DNA of 64,000 nucleotides, from positions 288,001 to 352,000 of the forward strand of contig CAXXUK010000001.1 of NCBI GenBank assembly GCA_963665125.2, read 5' to 3'. Source of the stretch: an uncultured Desulfarculus sp. Lineage in GTDB: Bacteria > Desulfobacterota > Desulfarculia > Desulfarculales > Desulfarculaceae. Shown one piece after another: positions 17,739 to 27,071 of this stretch (position 1 is the first letter of the stretch; every line of letters starts with the position of its first letter). The notes beneath the pieces were generated by a model, which saw nothing but the letters and a program-made list of their open reading frames with translations, did not search any database and had not been told where the DNA came from. Position numbers and translations under genes: made by a program.

Positions 17739-20700
17739 ATGCGGTTCATGCGGTTTGGCTTTAGGACAGCCGGCTTGTTGGCCCTTGCGCTGGCGTTGGT
17801 TTTCGTCGTTGATTCGGCCTCGGCCAATGAAAAAAGCCTGCCTTTCGTCGGCACGGAGCGGGTGATCGGCGACAGCCCGCCGCCCCAGGTGCTGTGGTCG
17901 CCCTGGATACCCGTTGGGTCCCAGGTGGGTACGCGTTCGTCCTTCGGCATCCGCCTCTCCGGACCCAGCCTGCGCATCCATTGCCCAGTTGAACTAAAGG
18001 TGACCTGGGACCCGGCCATGGCCAAGGGCGGGCGGGAGCTTGAGTTCAGGGTCAAGGCGGCGCCCACGGCCGCCAGCGGCTCTGAAAAGACCCTGGACAG
18101 CAACTTCGGGGTGGACCTGCCGACCAGGGTCCAGGCCGGCTTTTTGGGCATCACCGGCCTGCCCGACATCGTCCCCTGGTTTGATCTGCCCATAGACCTG
18201 TGGGCGACCTTTGGCTTTTTGCCCCCACCCTTCAACCAGATACCGGCCGCCGTCTCCAACGTATCGGTGAGCATGCAAGGCACCGACGCCCTGCCTTTGG
18301 GGCCAAGCGCTTCGGCCAAGTTCAGCGCCTCGCGCGCCCTTCTCACGGTGCCATTTTCCACGCTTTCCAGCGCAGGGCCTAAATCCAAGCTGGTGGAAAA
18401 ACTTAACAACGCGATCCCCCGCAAGAGCGACATCAAGGCCGCGCTCAAGGTCGTCTCTCTACTGGACTCCGACCAGATCGAGGAAAAGATCAACTCGGCC
18501 CTGGGCCAGGGAGTGAATCTGCTCAGCAACCTGGGCAGCTTCAAGATCATCGGCGAGCCCTATTGGAAGATCGCCAACGGCGAACTCCGTGTGGTGGTCG
18601 GCTACCGGGTGCCGGGCAAGTTCCTGGAAGGAACCGTGCCCATCACCTTCCCAGGAGCGGGCCTGCCCGGCGATGGCTCCCGGCTCGTGAAGTTGCGATT
18701 GCCTTATTTTCTGGACAACAGCGACACCCTGGAGGTCTTCCTCACCCGGGTGGAGTACCAGTTCGATCTTTATCAGGGCCTGGGCGGCAAGCTCAGCCTG
18801 TCCGGACCATCCGTGAACCTGCCCGCCTATGAAAAAAAGATCGGCCGCCTCACCGCCGCCAAGGAGTTCCCGGCGGATCCCCAAAGCGCCGGGCAGAAGA
18901 TCAGCCTGCCCCTGGCTCCGTCTGATCAACCCCTGGGCAACGTGTCGATTGTGACCGGCTCGGACACCGTGCGGTTGGCTTTCGCCACCAACCGGCCGGG
19001 CCGGGGGGGGCTCATTGTTTCCGATGCCGCCACTCACGCCGTGGTCAAACGTGTGGAAGGCCGCGCCGGTCAACGCTACCACTTCATTTGGGCCACCGGC
19101 CTGTCGCCCGACCACGCATATGTGGTGGACGGCTACTGCCTCACCGATGACGGCACGCCCCATGGCCTGGGCCAGACCTATTCGGTAACCACCACGTCCA
19201 GCCCAACCGGTTACACCGCCGTCTCGACCGTCGGCGAAAACGAATTCAGCAGCTATCCCACGGTGCAGGCAGGCCCGGATTGGTTGGAGTTTACCTGGGG
19301 CACCAACCACCCGACCACCACCGAGGTGCGCCTGGCACCCACCGACGACATCGCCCACGTGCATTTGCCGGCCAGCAAGCATGCCAACGGCACCTGGATA
19401 GGAGGTGTGGACAACGAGCCTCCGGACCTGGGGCCCAAGGAACAAACCACCAGCCACAGCATCCGTGTCACGGGACTGACCCCGGGCACCACCTACCTTT
19501 ACAGCGTGCATTCTGGCGTCTACAACGGAGCAGTGCAGGCCAGCAGCCTGCTGGGAACCCTGCGCTACAACGGCGCGGCCCAGACCACCGGCTCGCCTCC
19601 GGTCCCGATGCGCGTTTTCACCACCCTGACTCCCAGTCAGCATGTGGGCGGAGTATCGGTCTCGGTCTTTCGCACCTCGCCCGATTATCTTTTCCTGGGT
19701 TATTACACCACGGGCAATGACGGACGCACACCGCCCATCACTGTGCAACCCGGCGAGGTCTACCGCCTGGAGAGCCGGAACCACCCCTGCTACGAGGACA
19801 ATACGGTCAACTATACCGTGCCCACGGGCAACGCCACGCCCCAGGCCGAGGTGAGGGTCGCCTACCGGCCCACGGGAGGAGCCGTGCTCACCCCCACCGG
19901 CGCGGCGGTTTCCGGAGCCAAGGTACAGTTTATCGGAAGCGGCGGGACCCACTACACCTCCTCCGACGGCTCCTTCAATGTCAACGGGATTGCCCCCGGA
20001 TTGCACGATGCGGAGATTAGCAAGACGGGGTTCTTCACCACCCGGGCGCCCATCGCTTTCAACGCCTGCGGCCGCATGGAGCACCGCATCATAGCCCTGA
20101 GCCCCACTTCGGCCCAGCTCACGGTGCGGGTGAAGGGGACCAACCTTTCGACCAAGGCCTCCATTCCCCTGAGCGGCACCCAGGTGAAGCTGCTGCCCAC
20201 CTCGGGAGCCCATCAGGACCTGGGCGCCACCAACTCCGCCGGGGAAGTAACCACCACCATCGCCTTTAATACACCACAGGACCGCAAGTACACCATTCAG
20301 GTCCTCCCTGGCTACGACTCGCCATACTATGTGGCCAACAGCCCCCAGGTGACCCATCGCCCCGGTGTGGATCAGGTTGTGGAGGTCTTTCCTCCCTTGC
20401 GGCTGCCGCCCCTGATCGAAAACGTTAACCTTCAGACCATTCCCCAGGGAATCCGGCTTACCTTCCGGCTCAACGAAGCCCGCAACGGCGATGAATATGC
20501 GGGGCAGGGGGGAGCCGACTACCGCACCCCGGCCGGCCAGAACAAATCCCTGCCCTTTGCGGGGGGCATGATACGCAACCATGACAAGACCATCGCCGAG
20601 ACCGCCTGGGGATGCTATCAGGTGCAGGCTGCGGCCAAGGACCGCTTCAACCGGGTGGTCAAGGACGCCCCGCCTGTGGAGTTCCTGCGCTGGAGCGATA

Positions 20701-21971
20701 CGGCCTTCAACCTGCGGTCAAGCCAGGCCATAGGCCAAAGCGCCGTGGTGTCCTGGGACGCACTCAAGGGCTGTACCCGCTTCGCCAAATACGTCCTCAC
20801 CCTGGAAGGCCGCCCCGGCATCAGCCTGAACGACGCGGGCACCACCTCCCACACATTCCATGGCCTGGCGCCCCGCAAGACCTACAAGGTCACCCTTCGG
20901 GCCAAGGACTCCACGGGAAGCTGGCTCACACCTGCGGCAACAATCGACCTGGCCACGGCCTCACAGCCTCCGGTGATCAAACAATTCGCGACCAATCCCG
21001 GCGAGCCCCCCAGCAAGACTCCGGTCACGGTCAGCGCCCTGGTGACTGACGACGACAGCAACGAATTGACCCTTAGGCTCAAGTTGGACGGGCGGCGGAT
21101 CGCCCAACAGACCTTCAACACCAAGCGCGCGGAGTTCAGTCACGAATTCCAGGCGCCAAATCCCGGCGTCCATGTTCTTGTCCTCGAGGCTTCCGACGAG
21201 TCCAACACCCAGCGCAAGACCCTGAAATTAAGGGTGGTCCGGGCCCTGGAGCCGCCCAAAATCACGGCTCGGCTGATATCCGGCAAAATCCAGCCGGGAA
21301 AAACCTGCGAGTTGCATATCGCCCTGAAAAACGCCAAGAAAACAGCCAAGCCCGTGCAGGTGGTGGTTGCTTGGGGAGACGGGGAAAAGTACACCAAGAC
21401 CATGGGCCGGGCAAAGTGCACCTTGGTCCATCGCTACCAGAACGAAGGCAAGTACACGCTGGTCATAGCCCCACAGACAGGGACGGCGCCGCCTGGCGGC
21501 GGCCAAAGCGGAGCCCATGTCCTCACCGGCGAGCCCGTGACCTTGGAGGTGGAAGTGGCGCCGGTCCCGCCTCGGATGCGCCTGAGCTGCACCGGATCAA
21601 AAAACCGCAAGACCTGTGCGATGTCGGTGGTGCCCACTGGCGGCGGACGCCTGTCTCGTTGGCAACTGGAATTCGGGGACGGCTCGGCCCCATTCGGGGG
21701 GCAAGGCATGCCTCCGGCCGTACAGACCCATTGCTATCCCCAGACCTTGAGCAAAAAGTTGGGCGGGACCAGCCAGACGTATCGGGCGGTGCTCACGGTT
21801 TGGGACAATAAAAACCACGCCTTTGAAGAGATCGACGAAGTCAAGGTGTCGCCGGGAGCCAATGATGATTGCCTGGGTCAAACCCAATCGGGCGGTGGAG
21901 GCTTACGGACCCAGGAAGATGAAGGCAAGTTCAGGGAAAGGGGAAGCGACACCGGAAAACAGCGTAAATAG
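17739..21971 (+). CDS. Large (about 1410 aa) secreted multi-domain protein with FN3-like, carboxypeptidase-regulatory-like and PKD/Ig-like beta-sandwich repeats
   Basis: Signal peptide (..LLALALALVFVVDSASA); FN3-like TGLSPDHAY, TGLTPGTTY, HGLAPRKTY; TSSDGSFNVNGIAPGLHDAEISKTGF; PKD-like VAWGDGE...HRYQNEGKY and LEFGDGS...HCY. Confidence 0.75.
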   Translation: MRFMRFGFRTAGLLALALALVFVVDSASANEKSLPFVGTERVIGDSPPPQVLWSPWIPVGSQVGTRSSFGIRLSGPSLRIHCPVELKVTWDPAMAKGGRELEFRVKAAPTAASGSEKTLDSNFGVDLPTRVQAGFLGITGLPDIVPWFDLPIDLWATFGFLPPPFNQIPAAVSNVSVSMQGTDALPLGPSASAKFSASRALLTVPFSTLSSAGPKSKLVEKLNNAIPRKSDIKAALKVVSLLDSDQIEEKINSALGQGVNLLSNLGSFKIIGEPYWKIANGELRVVVGYRVPGKFLEGTVPITFPGAGLPGDGSRLVKLRLPYFLDNSDTLEVFLTRVEYQFDLYQGLGGKLSLSGPSVNLPAYEKKIGRLTAAKEFPADPQSAGQKISLPLAPSDQPLGNVSIVTGSDTVRLAFATNRPGRGGLIVSDAATHAVVKRVEGRAGQRYHFIWATGLSPDHAYVVDGYCLTDDGTPHGLGQTYSVTTTSSPTGYTAVSTVGENEFSSYPTVQAGPDWLEFTWGTNHPTTTEVRLAPTDDIAHVHLPASKHANGTWIGGVDNEPPDLGPKEQTTSHSIRVTGLTPGTTYLYSVHSGVYNGAVQASSLLGTLRYNGAAQTTGSPPVPMRVFTTLTPSQHVGGVSVSVFRTSPDYLFLGYYTTGNDGRTPPITVQPGEVYRLESRNHPCYEDNTVNYTVPTGNATPQAEVRVAYRPTGGAVLTPTGAAVSGAKVQFIGSGGTHYTSSDGSFNVNGIAPGLHDAEISKTGFFTTRAPIAFNACGRMEHRIIALSPTSAQLTVRVKGTNLSTKASIPLSGTQVKLLPTSGAHQDLGATNSAGEVTTTIAFNTPQDRKYTIQVLPGYDSPYYVANSPQVTHRPGVDQVVEVFPPLRLPPLIENVNLQTIPQGIRLTFRLNEARNGDEYAGQGGADYRTPAGQNKSLPFAGGMIRNHDKTIAETAWGCYQVQAAAKDRFNRVVKDAPPVEFLRWSDTAFNLRSSQAIGQSAVVSWDALKGCTRFAKYVLTLEGRPGISLNDAGTTSHTFHGLAPRKTYKVTLRAKDSTGSWLTPAATIDLATASQPPVIKQFATNPGEPPSKTPVTVSALVTDDDSNELTLRLKLDGRRIAQQTFNTKRAEFSHEFQAPNPGVHVLVLEASDESNTQRKTLKLRVVRALEPPKITARLISGKIQPGKTCELHIALKNAKKTAKPVQVVVAWGDGEKYTKTMGRAKCTLVHRYQNEGKYTLVIAPQTGTAPPGGGQSGAHVLTGEPVTLEVEVAPVPPRMRLSCTGSKNRKTCAMSVVPTGGGRLSRWQLEFGDGSAPFGGQGMPPAVQTHCYPQTLSKKLGGTSQTYRAVLTVWDNKNHAFEEIDEVKVSPGANDDCLGQTQSGGGGLRTQEDEGKFRERGSDTGKQRK

Positions 21972-22061
21972 GCCGCTCACGGTGATACCGGGCATCGCGG
22001 AAGATGCAGTGTCTGGTGTGATTGCTTAAACTTGTTGGCCGCTTTCATCCGCGGGGCGAAT

Positions 22062-22301
22062 TCATTCGCCGGGCCGCGAGGTGGAGGCGGCCTTTTCCAG
22101 CCGGGCCTTCAGGTCCGCCAGGTCCAGCCTGTAACGCCGGGCGACTTGCTCCAGGGGGTCGAACAGGGCCTCGCAGCAGATGCAATGACCGGTCTCGGCC
22201 TCCAAGGCCTTGAAGACCGCTTCGGTGCTGCGATGTAGCTGGATTACCTCCAGCACCGTCATGGTTGGCGATATGCCGCCAAACTCGGCGGGGCCGCTCA
22301 C
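22062..22301 (-). CDS. Small Cys-containing protein, DUF1858/ScdA-N-like
   Basis: ISPTMTVLEVIQLH...VF...HCICCEALFDPLEQVARRYRLDL; start overlaps the upstream stop. Confidence 0.65.
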   Translation of the reverse strand: MSGPAEFGGISPTMTVLEVIQLHRSTEAVFKALEAETGHCICCEALFDPLEQVARRYRLDLADLKARLEKAASTSRPGE

Positions 22302-23173
22302 GACCTTTTCTCCCGTAGGGTTGCCAAGGCCTTTTCCACCGCCGTCGGCAACTGGGCGATGATTTCGGAGATTTGGGTGGCGGGGGTTGGTTGGACCATG
22401 ACGCCGGCCAGCCGGTTGGCCAACGCCGCCGTCTTGGCGGCTTGACCGACTTCCATGCCGCTGGCGGTCAGGGCGGCGGCCACGCCGGTCAGGGTGTCGC
22501 CCGTGCCGCCGATGGCCTCCAGGGCCGGATGGGAGGGGCCCTCCAATGCCTCTATCTTCTGGGGGCCAGTGACCAGGTAGTCCTGCTTTCCTTTGACCAA
22601 AAGATGCCGGGCCGCGTTGCCGTGGGCATAGGCCTGGGCGATCTGCTGGGGCACTTGGCCCTCCTGGTGAAGGATGAAACCCTGGGTGTAAAAAGGATGC
22701 GGGGCCTTGTGGTCGGCCAAAAAGGCCAACTCGCCCGCGTCCGGAGTGAATAGATCATAGCTGGGGGCCTGGCCGCACATCTTGGCGGCGTACATGAAAC
22801 CGGCGTCGGCCACCAGCAGAGGCCGGGGGGACATCAGTTCCACCGCCATCAGCACCCTGCCATGCCCATCCACGTCGGGCTGCAGATAGTGGAAGACCAT
22901 CACCGTGAAATGCCGTTCCGGCAGGTGTTCGGCAAGATAGCCGTAAAGCCGGCGGCTGCCCTGGCCGGTGCCGATGTCGCCCACCAGATAGGCGAAGATC
23001 TCTTGGCCGCCGACCACCTCGGCCGCGGCCAAGGCGGCGGCCAAAAGTGCCGGCGTGCCGCGGTTGATCGGAAAGGAATGGTCCTCCACCAAAAGGTGCC
23101 CGTTATCCAGGCGAGCCAGGCCGTGCACCAGGCCAGCCTCTTGTTCGGGAACCGTGCCCACAACCGCTAGCAT
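22298..23173 (-). CDS. Ribokinase-fold protein (NAD(P)H-hydrate dehydratase / carbohydrate kinase-like)
   Basis: LVADAG; FTPDAGEL; LLVKGKQD; IGGTGDTLTG anion-hole motif. Confidence 0.75.
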   Translation of the reverse strand: MLAVVGTVPEQEAGLVHGLARLDNGHLLVEDHSFPINRGTPALLAAALAAAEVVGGQEIFAYLVGDIGTGQGSRRLYGYLAEHLPERHFTVMVFHYLQPDVDGHGRVLMAVELMSPRPLLVADAGFMYAAKMCGQAPSYDLFTPDAGELAFLADHKAPHPFYTQGFILHQEGQVPQQIAQAYAHGNAARHLLVKGKQDYLVTGPQKIEALEGPSHPALEAIGGTGDTLTGVAAALTASGMEVGQAAKTAALANRLAGVMVQPTPATQISEIIAQLPTAVEKALATLREKRS

Positions 23174-23718
23174 CGCCGTTTGATCTCCTGATAGGCCAGC
23201 TCAAGGGCATAGCCGCAAAGGGTGTGCCCCAACTGGCGGGGGCTGGGAGCATCATTGAGCCGATGGCCGATGAGCTCCTGGGCCAGGTAGGGCACATCCG
23301 GGCATCCGCCGCCGGAGACGTTGACTATCATTGCCGTGGCCTTTTCAATCGTAAGCTTCATGTTGGCGGCCCTGACCATCAGGTATTCGCCAAAGTCCAC
23401 GGACTGGTAAATATCCACCGGCTCCAGCAGCGGACCAGTGACCGGAGCCACCTGAAGGGGCTCCAGTCCCTTGTCCTCCAGCAGGCGCAAAATGGCCAGT
23501 TCCTCGATCAAGGGGAACTCGATGACCAAGTCGCAACCGCTTCTGATCTCCGGGGGCGGGCCCTTGACCTGTATGGTCCAGCCGCGCTCCTTGAGCGTGT
23601 TTTCAGCGCGTATTACCTCGCTGGTGTTGGCGTAGACCAACAGGCCCCTGTCCTCGCCCGATATCTTACGATCCGGCTTGGTGACGAGTTTGTCCTTGAG
23701 CCGGTTTAACAGACCCAT
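23167..23718 (-). CDS. DUF3343 domain protein with a Cys-containing C-terminal extension
   Basis: LLVYANTSEVIRAENTLK...PPEIRSGCDLVIEF; C-terminal GGGCPDVP and LCGYAL. Confidence 0.75.
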   Translation of the reverse strand: MGLLNRLKDKLVTKPDRKISGEDRGLLVYANTSEVIRAENTLKERGWTIQVKGPPPEIRSGCDLVIEFPLIEELAILRLLEDKGLEPLQVAPVTGPLLEPVDIYQSVDFGEYLMVRAANMKLTIEKATAMIVNVSGGGCPDVPYLAQELIGHRLNDAPSPRQLGHTLCGYALELAYQEIKRRC

Positions 23719-23720
23719 GT

Positions 23721-23939
23721 CTATGCTTTGGCGATGGTTAAACGAAAGCCGCCACCGTCTTCGGCAACTCCGCTGACATCCCAACCTTGCGAGCGCGCGG
23801 CCCGGCTGACGTTCTCCTTGGAGGTTTCGGTGTCCACCAGGACCTCAAGTGTTCCGCTTCCGACCCGCTTAATGGCGTCCAATGTCTCCATCACCGGCTG
23901 GGGGCAGGAAAGCCCCCTGGCGTCTACGGTCTCGCTCAT
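23721..23939 (-). CDS. yedF: TusA/SirA-like sulfur (selenium) carrier, YedF-type
   Basis: VDARGLSCPQPV...LEVLVD...ENVSRAARSQGW. Confidence 0.88.
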   Translation of the reverse strand: MSETVDARGLSCPQPVMETLDAIKRVGSGTLEVLVDTETSKENVSRAARSQGWDVSGVAEDGGGFRLTIAKA

Positions 23940-23972
23940 GGTGATCAACTCCTTATATCTTGGAGGCTCCGC

Positions 23973-25067
23973 CTAGGCGGCAGCCTTCTTGCTCATGGTA
24001 AAACCGATAAAAAGGCATACGGCCAAACCGATGAAGGTGGCGGCCATGCCGTGAGGCCCGATGCCCTTGGGTGAACTGGCCAGGCCGAAGTTGTGGGCAA
24101 AGGCCGCGCCTACGATCATGCCCATGACGAAAACCGCCGCGTCGCCGTCACCCTCGCCGGCCAAAAACAGCTGACGTCCCGGGCAGCCGCCGGCCAAGGC
24201 AAAGGCCAAACCGGCCAGGGTCATGCCCAGGAAGTTCCATACCTGCTGGGTATGGGCCACGGGCTGACCCTCGAAGCCCGGGTGGAACTGGCCCACGAGC
24301 ATGTTGGTGCCAAAGGCGAAGACCACTAGGGCCGCCGCGCCGGAGAGCAGGTGCGTTTGTTTGAACAACAACAGGTCACGGAAGGCGCCCATGGTGCAGA
24401 AACGGCTGCGCTGGGCAAGCGCTCCCACGCCCAGGCCAACCAACAACGACACCACCAGTGGCGCGTGCATGGCGCCGGGTCCCTTCAAACTGTACCATAG
24501 CACGCCGCTCTTATCCTGGCCTTCGATCTGGGGGTAGATGAGCATCAGCGCCAGGAAGCCCACCATGGTAAGCGGCAGGAGCCAGCCCACGGCGGCGTGG
24601 GTCTGATGGCTGCGGCCCAGGTTGTAGCCCTTTTTCAGGAACAAGGTCCCAATCCAGATGCCGAACACCAGCCCGGCCAGGCCGAACAGGGCGCTGCCGT
24701 CGCCGCCGGCCAGCCGCAGCATGGCCCGCCAGGGGCAGCCCAAAAAGACCAGGGCTCCGATCATGGCGAAGACACCCAACACGAAACGAACGATGGGGGC
24801 CGAGCCTGTTCTTGCCCGGAACTCGCCGAAGGCCAGCGCCGCGACCAGCGCGCCGATTACAAAGCCGATGATCTCCGGGCGCATGTACTGCACCACCCCG
24901 GCGCGGTGAAGTCCCACCGCTCCGGCGATGTCGCGCTCAAAGCAGGCCACGCAAACGCCCATGTTGCCCGGGTTGCCCCAATATTGCAGTAAAGCGGCGA
25001 AAATTCCGATCAGGCCGCCTACCGTGATGATTCCCCATCTGGTTGCCAAATAATTTTTCACATTCAT
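23973..25067 (-). CDS. yedE: YedE-family putative selenium/sulfur transporter
   Basis: GNPGNMGVCVACFERDIAGAVGLH; YMRPEI; FLGCPWRA; QRSRFCTMG; AGGCPGRQL. Confidence 0.9.
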   Translation of the reverse strand: MNVKNYLATRWGIITVGGLIGIFAALLQYWGNPGNMGVCVACFERDIAGAVGLHRAGVVQYMRPEIIGFVIGALVAALAFGEFRARTGSAPIVRFVLGVFAMIGALVFLGCPWRAMLRLAGGDGSALFGLAGLVFGIWIGTLFLKKGYNLGRSHQTHAAVGWLLPLTMVGFLALMLIYPQIEGQDKSGVLWYSLKGPGAMHAPLVVSLLVGLGVGALAQRSRFCTMGAFRDLLLFKQTHLLSGAAALVVFAFGTNMLVGQFHPGFEGQPVAHTQQVWNFLGMTLAGLAFALAGGCPGRQLFLAGEGDGDAAVFVMGMIVGAAFAHNFGLASSPKGIGPHGMAATFIGLAVCLFIGFTMSKKAAA

Positions 25068-25468
25068 CCCTTTGCCCTCTTCCCTGTGAAAACGCCAGTA
25101 ACCACCTATGAAATGGAGGTTCTTCTTCCGCATACAAGACTACGAATTTCAAGCAATTACACAAATATGAAATTCCGATAATTGTAGGCCTTTGGTATTT
25201 GCAATACTGATCGAAATTGTCGCCGCGGGCAACGGTTTGATTTTACAATGCTTATGAATGGTGAAAGGCTGACCATCAGTCTCGATCGGCTGAATATCTA
25301 GTTTGGTTTGTTCCAGGCGGGTATTTGTAAGCCAGACGCTCGTAATGATCGGCGAAGGCTGGTTTCCCAAAGCCTGCCGTGTGTACCGTTGGCCAAGGTA
25401 AATGCTAGACTGTACCCAATCATCCACGCGCCGGTGTTGCCGGGGTCAACCGGGAGGGAGCGGCAGTC

Positions 25469-27058
25469 ATGAAACGACGTGACTTTATTAAACTGCTGGC
25501 GGCCATGGGCGCAACCACGGCCCTGGGCGGCCACCGGCGATCCGCTGTCGCGGGCAATCCCCGCAGGCCCAACTTCCTGGTCATCATTACCGACCAGGAA
25601 CGCCAGCACATGCACTGGCCCAAGGGCTTGGCGCAAAAGCAGATGCCCTCCTGGCAGAGGTTGCGGAAAAACGGCGTAACCTTCAACCGAGCCTATTGCT
25701 CCGCCACCCAGTGCTCCCCCAGCCGGGCCTGCATCCTTACGGGACAATACTCCAATATTAATAAAGTTCCCTACATCGGCTACCCTGCCTGCCTGCCGGA
25801 TAAAAACGTTTTGCCCAACATCGGTTCATGGCTGGCCGAAAAGGCCGGTTACGAGGTGGTGTGGAAGGGTAAATGGCACTTGAGCTTTCCGGTGGGCTTC
25901 AAAGGCGGTTTGGTCGAGGACGAGGTCTGGACCGGGGCGGACATCACCGCCATGGCCGACCGGTATGGCCTGACCCAATGGGACCCGCCCGATGCCGGAA
26001 CCAATGTCCTCAATACTCCCGGTTCCAGGGCCACCATGGGGGGCGGCTGGGCCGATAATGACGGACGCTACATGCGGGGGATGTCGCCGGGAGATGCCAG
26101 GCAGACTCCGGGATACGGCATGAGCGCTCTCGACTACATCGGGCAGTTGGGCGCGACCCCCAAACAGCTGAGAAGGCCGTTCTGTCTGTTCGTGTCTCTG
26201 GTCAATCCCCACGACATCGCCTATTTCCCCAATGGCTGGCAAGAGGGGGGCTATGACCTGGCGCGGTTCAAGGACCTGGGCGTTGGCCTGCCGCCCAATT
26301 TCAGGGATAACCTGGCCACCAAACCCAGCGTGCAGAAGAAGTATTATGATTACCTGAACAAGGAAGGGCCGCTTGGCAGCGAAGCCGACCAATTGAACTA
26401 CGTGAATTTCTACGCCCACCTGCACGGCGTGGTCAACGGTCACATCGAGGCCCTGCTGGACGCCATGGACGAGGCCGGACTAACCCGGGACACCATAATC
26501 ATCCGCACGGCCGACCACGGCGAACTGGGGCTGTCCCACGGTCTGCGGGAAAAGGCCTATGTGGCCTATAACGAGGCGCTTCACGTGCCGCTGACCATAT
26601 CCAACCCGGAGCTGTTCCCCCGGCCGGTGAGCACCGACGCCCTGTATTCCCACGTGGACCTGGCCGCGACCATGGCCGAACTGGCCGGGGTTCCCGGCAT
26701 CGGGGTGGGCAAAAGCCAGGTTCCGGTCCTCCTGGACCCCGGCTCATCAGTGCGCCGGGACGTGCTTTTCGCCTACGACGACCACTTTTTCCTGCCGCTG
26801 GATACGCCGTCTTCCCATATCCGGGCCCTGGTTGACGCCCGCCACACCTATGCGGCGTATTACTCGGCGGACGGCGGCTCGTTCGAATACGAGATGTACG
26901 ACAACATCTCCGACCCATATCAGATGGACAACCTGGCCTTTAAACCGTCATCGGCCAATATTGAGCTGATGAAGGCCCTGCACGGCAGGTTGACCCAAAG
27001 CCTCGAGGACAACCTGGCGCAACCGGAGGGGTTTGAGTGGCCAGCCAGCCCGGTGTAG
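25469..27058 (+). CDS. Tat-exported sulfatase (Cys-type)
   Basis: MKRRDFIK Tat signal; PNFLVIITDQER; CSPSRA (CxPxR); GKWHL; SLVNPHD; TADHGE. Confidence 0.92.
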   Translation: MKRRDFIKLLAAMGATTALGGHRRSAVAGNPRRPNFLVIITDQERQHMHWPKGLAQKQMPSWQRLRKNGVTFNRAYCSATQCSPSRACILTGQYSNINKVPYIGYPACLPDKNVLPNIGSWLAEKAGYEVVWKGKWHLSFPVGFKGGLVEDEVWTGADITAMADRYGLTQWDPPDAGTNVLNTPGSRATMGGGWADNDGRYMRGMSPGDARQTPGYGMSALDYIGQLGATPKQLRRPFCLFVSLVNPHDIAYFPNGWQEGGYDLARFKDLGVGLPPNFRDNLATKPSVQKKYYDYLNKEGPLGSEADQLNYVNFYAHLHGVVNGHIEALLDAMDEAGLTRDTIIIRTADHGELGLSHGLREKAYVAYNEALHVPLTISNPELFPRPVSTDALYSHVDLAATMAELAGVPGIGVGKSQVPVLLDPGSSVRRDVLFAYDDHFFLPLDTPSSHIRALVDARHTYAAYYSADGGSFEYEMYDNISDPYQMDNLAFKPSSANIELMKALHGRLTQSLEDNLAQPEGFEWPASPV

Positions 27059-27071
27059 GGCGGACCGCCGG

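Noticed and set aside
18459..20582. 707-aa antisense ORF (also 38904-41024, 29414-30886, 7460-8902, 15683-17011)
   Set aside because: Shadow ORFs opposite well-supported genes, expected at high GC; no recognisable motifs
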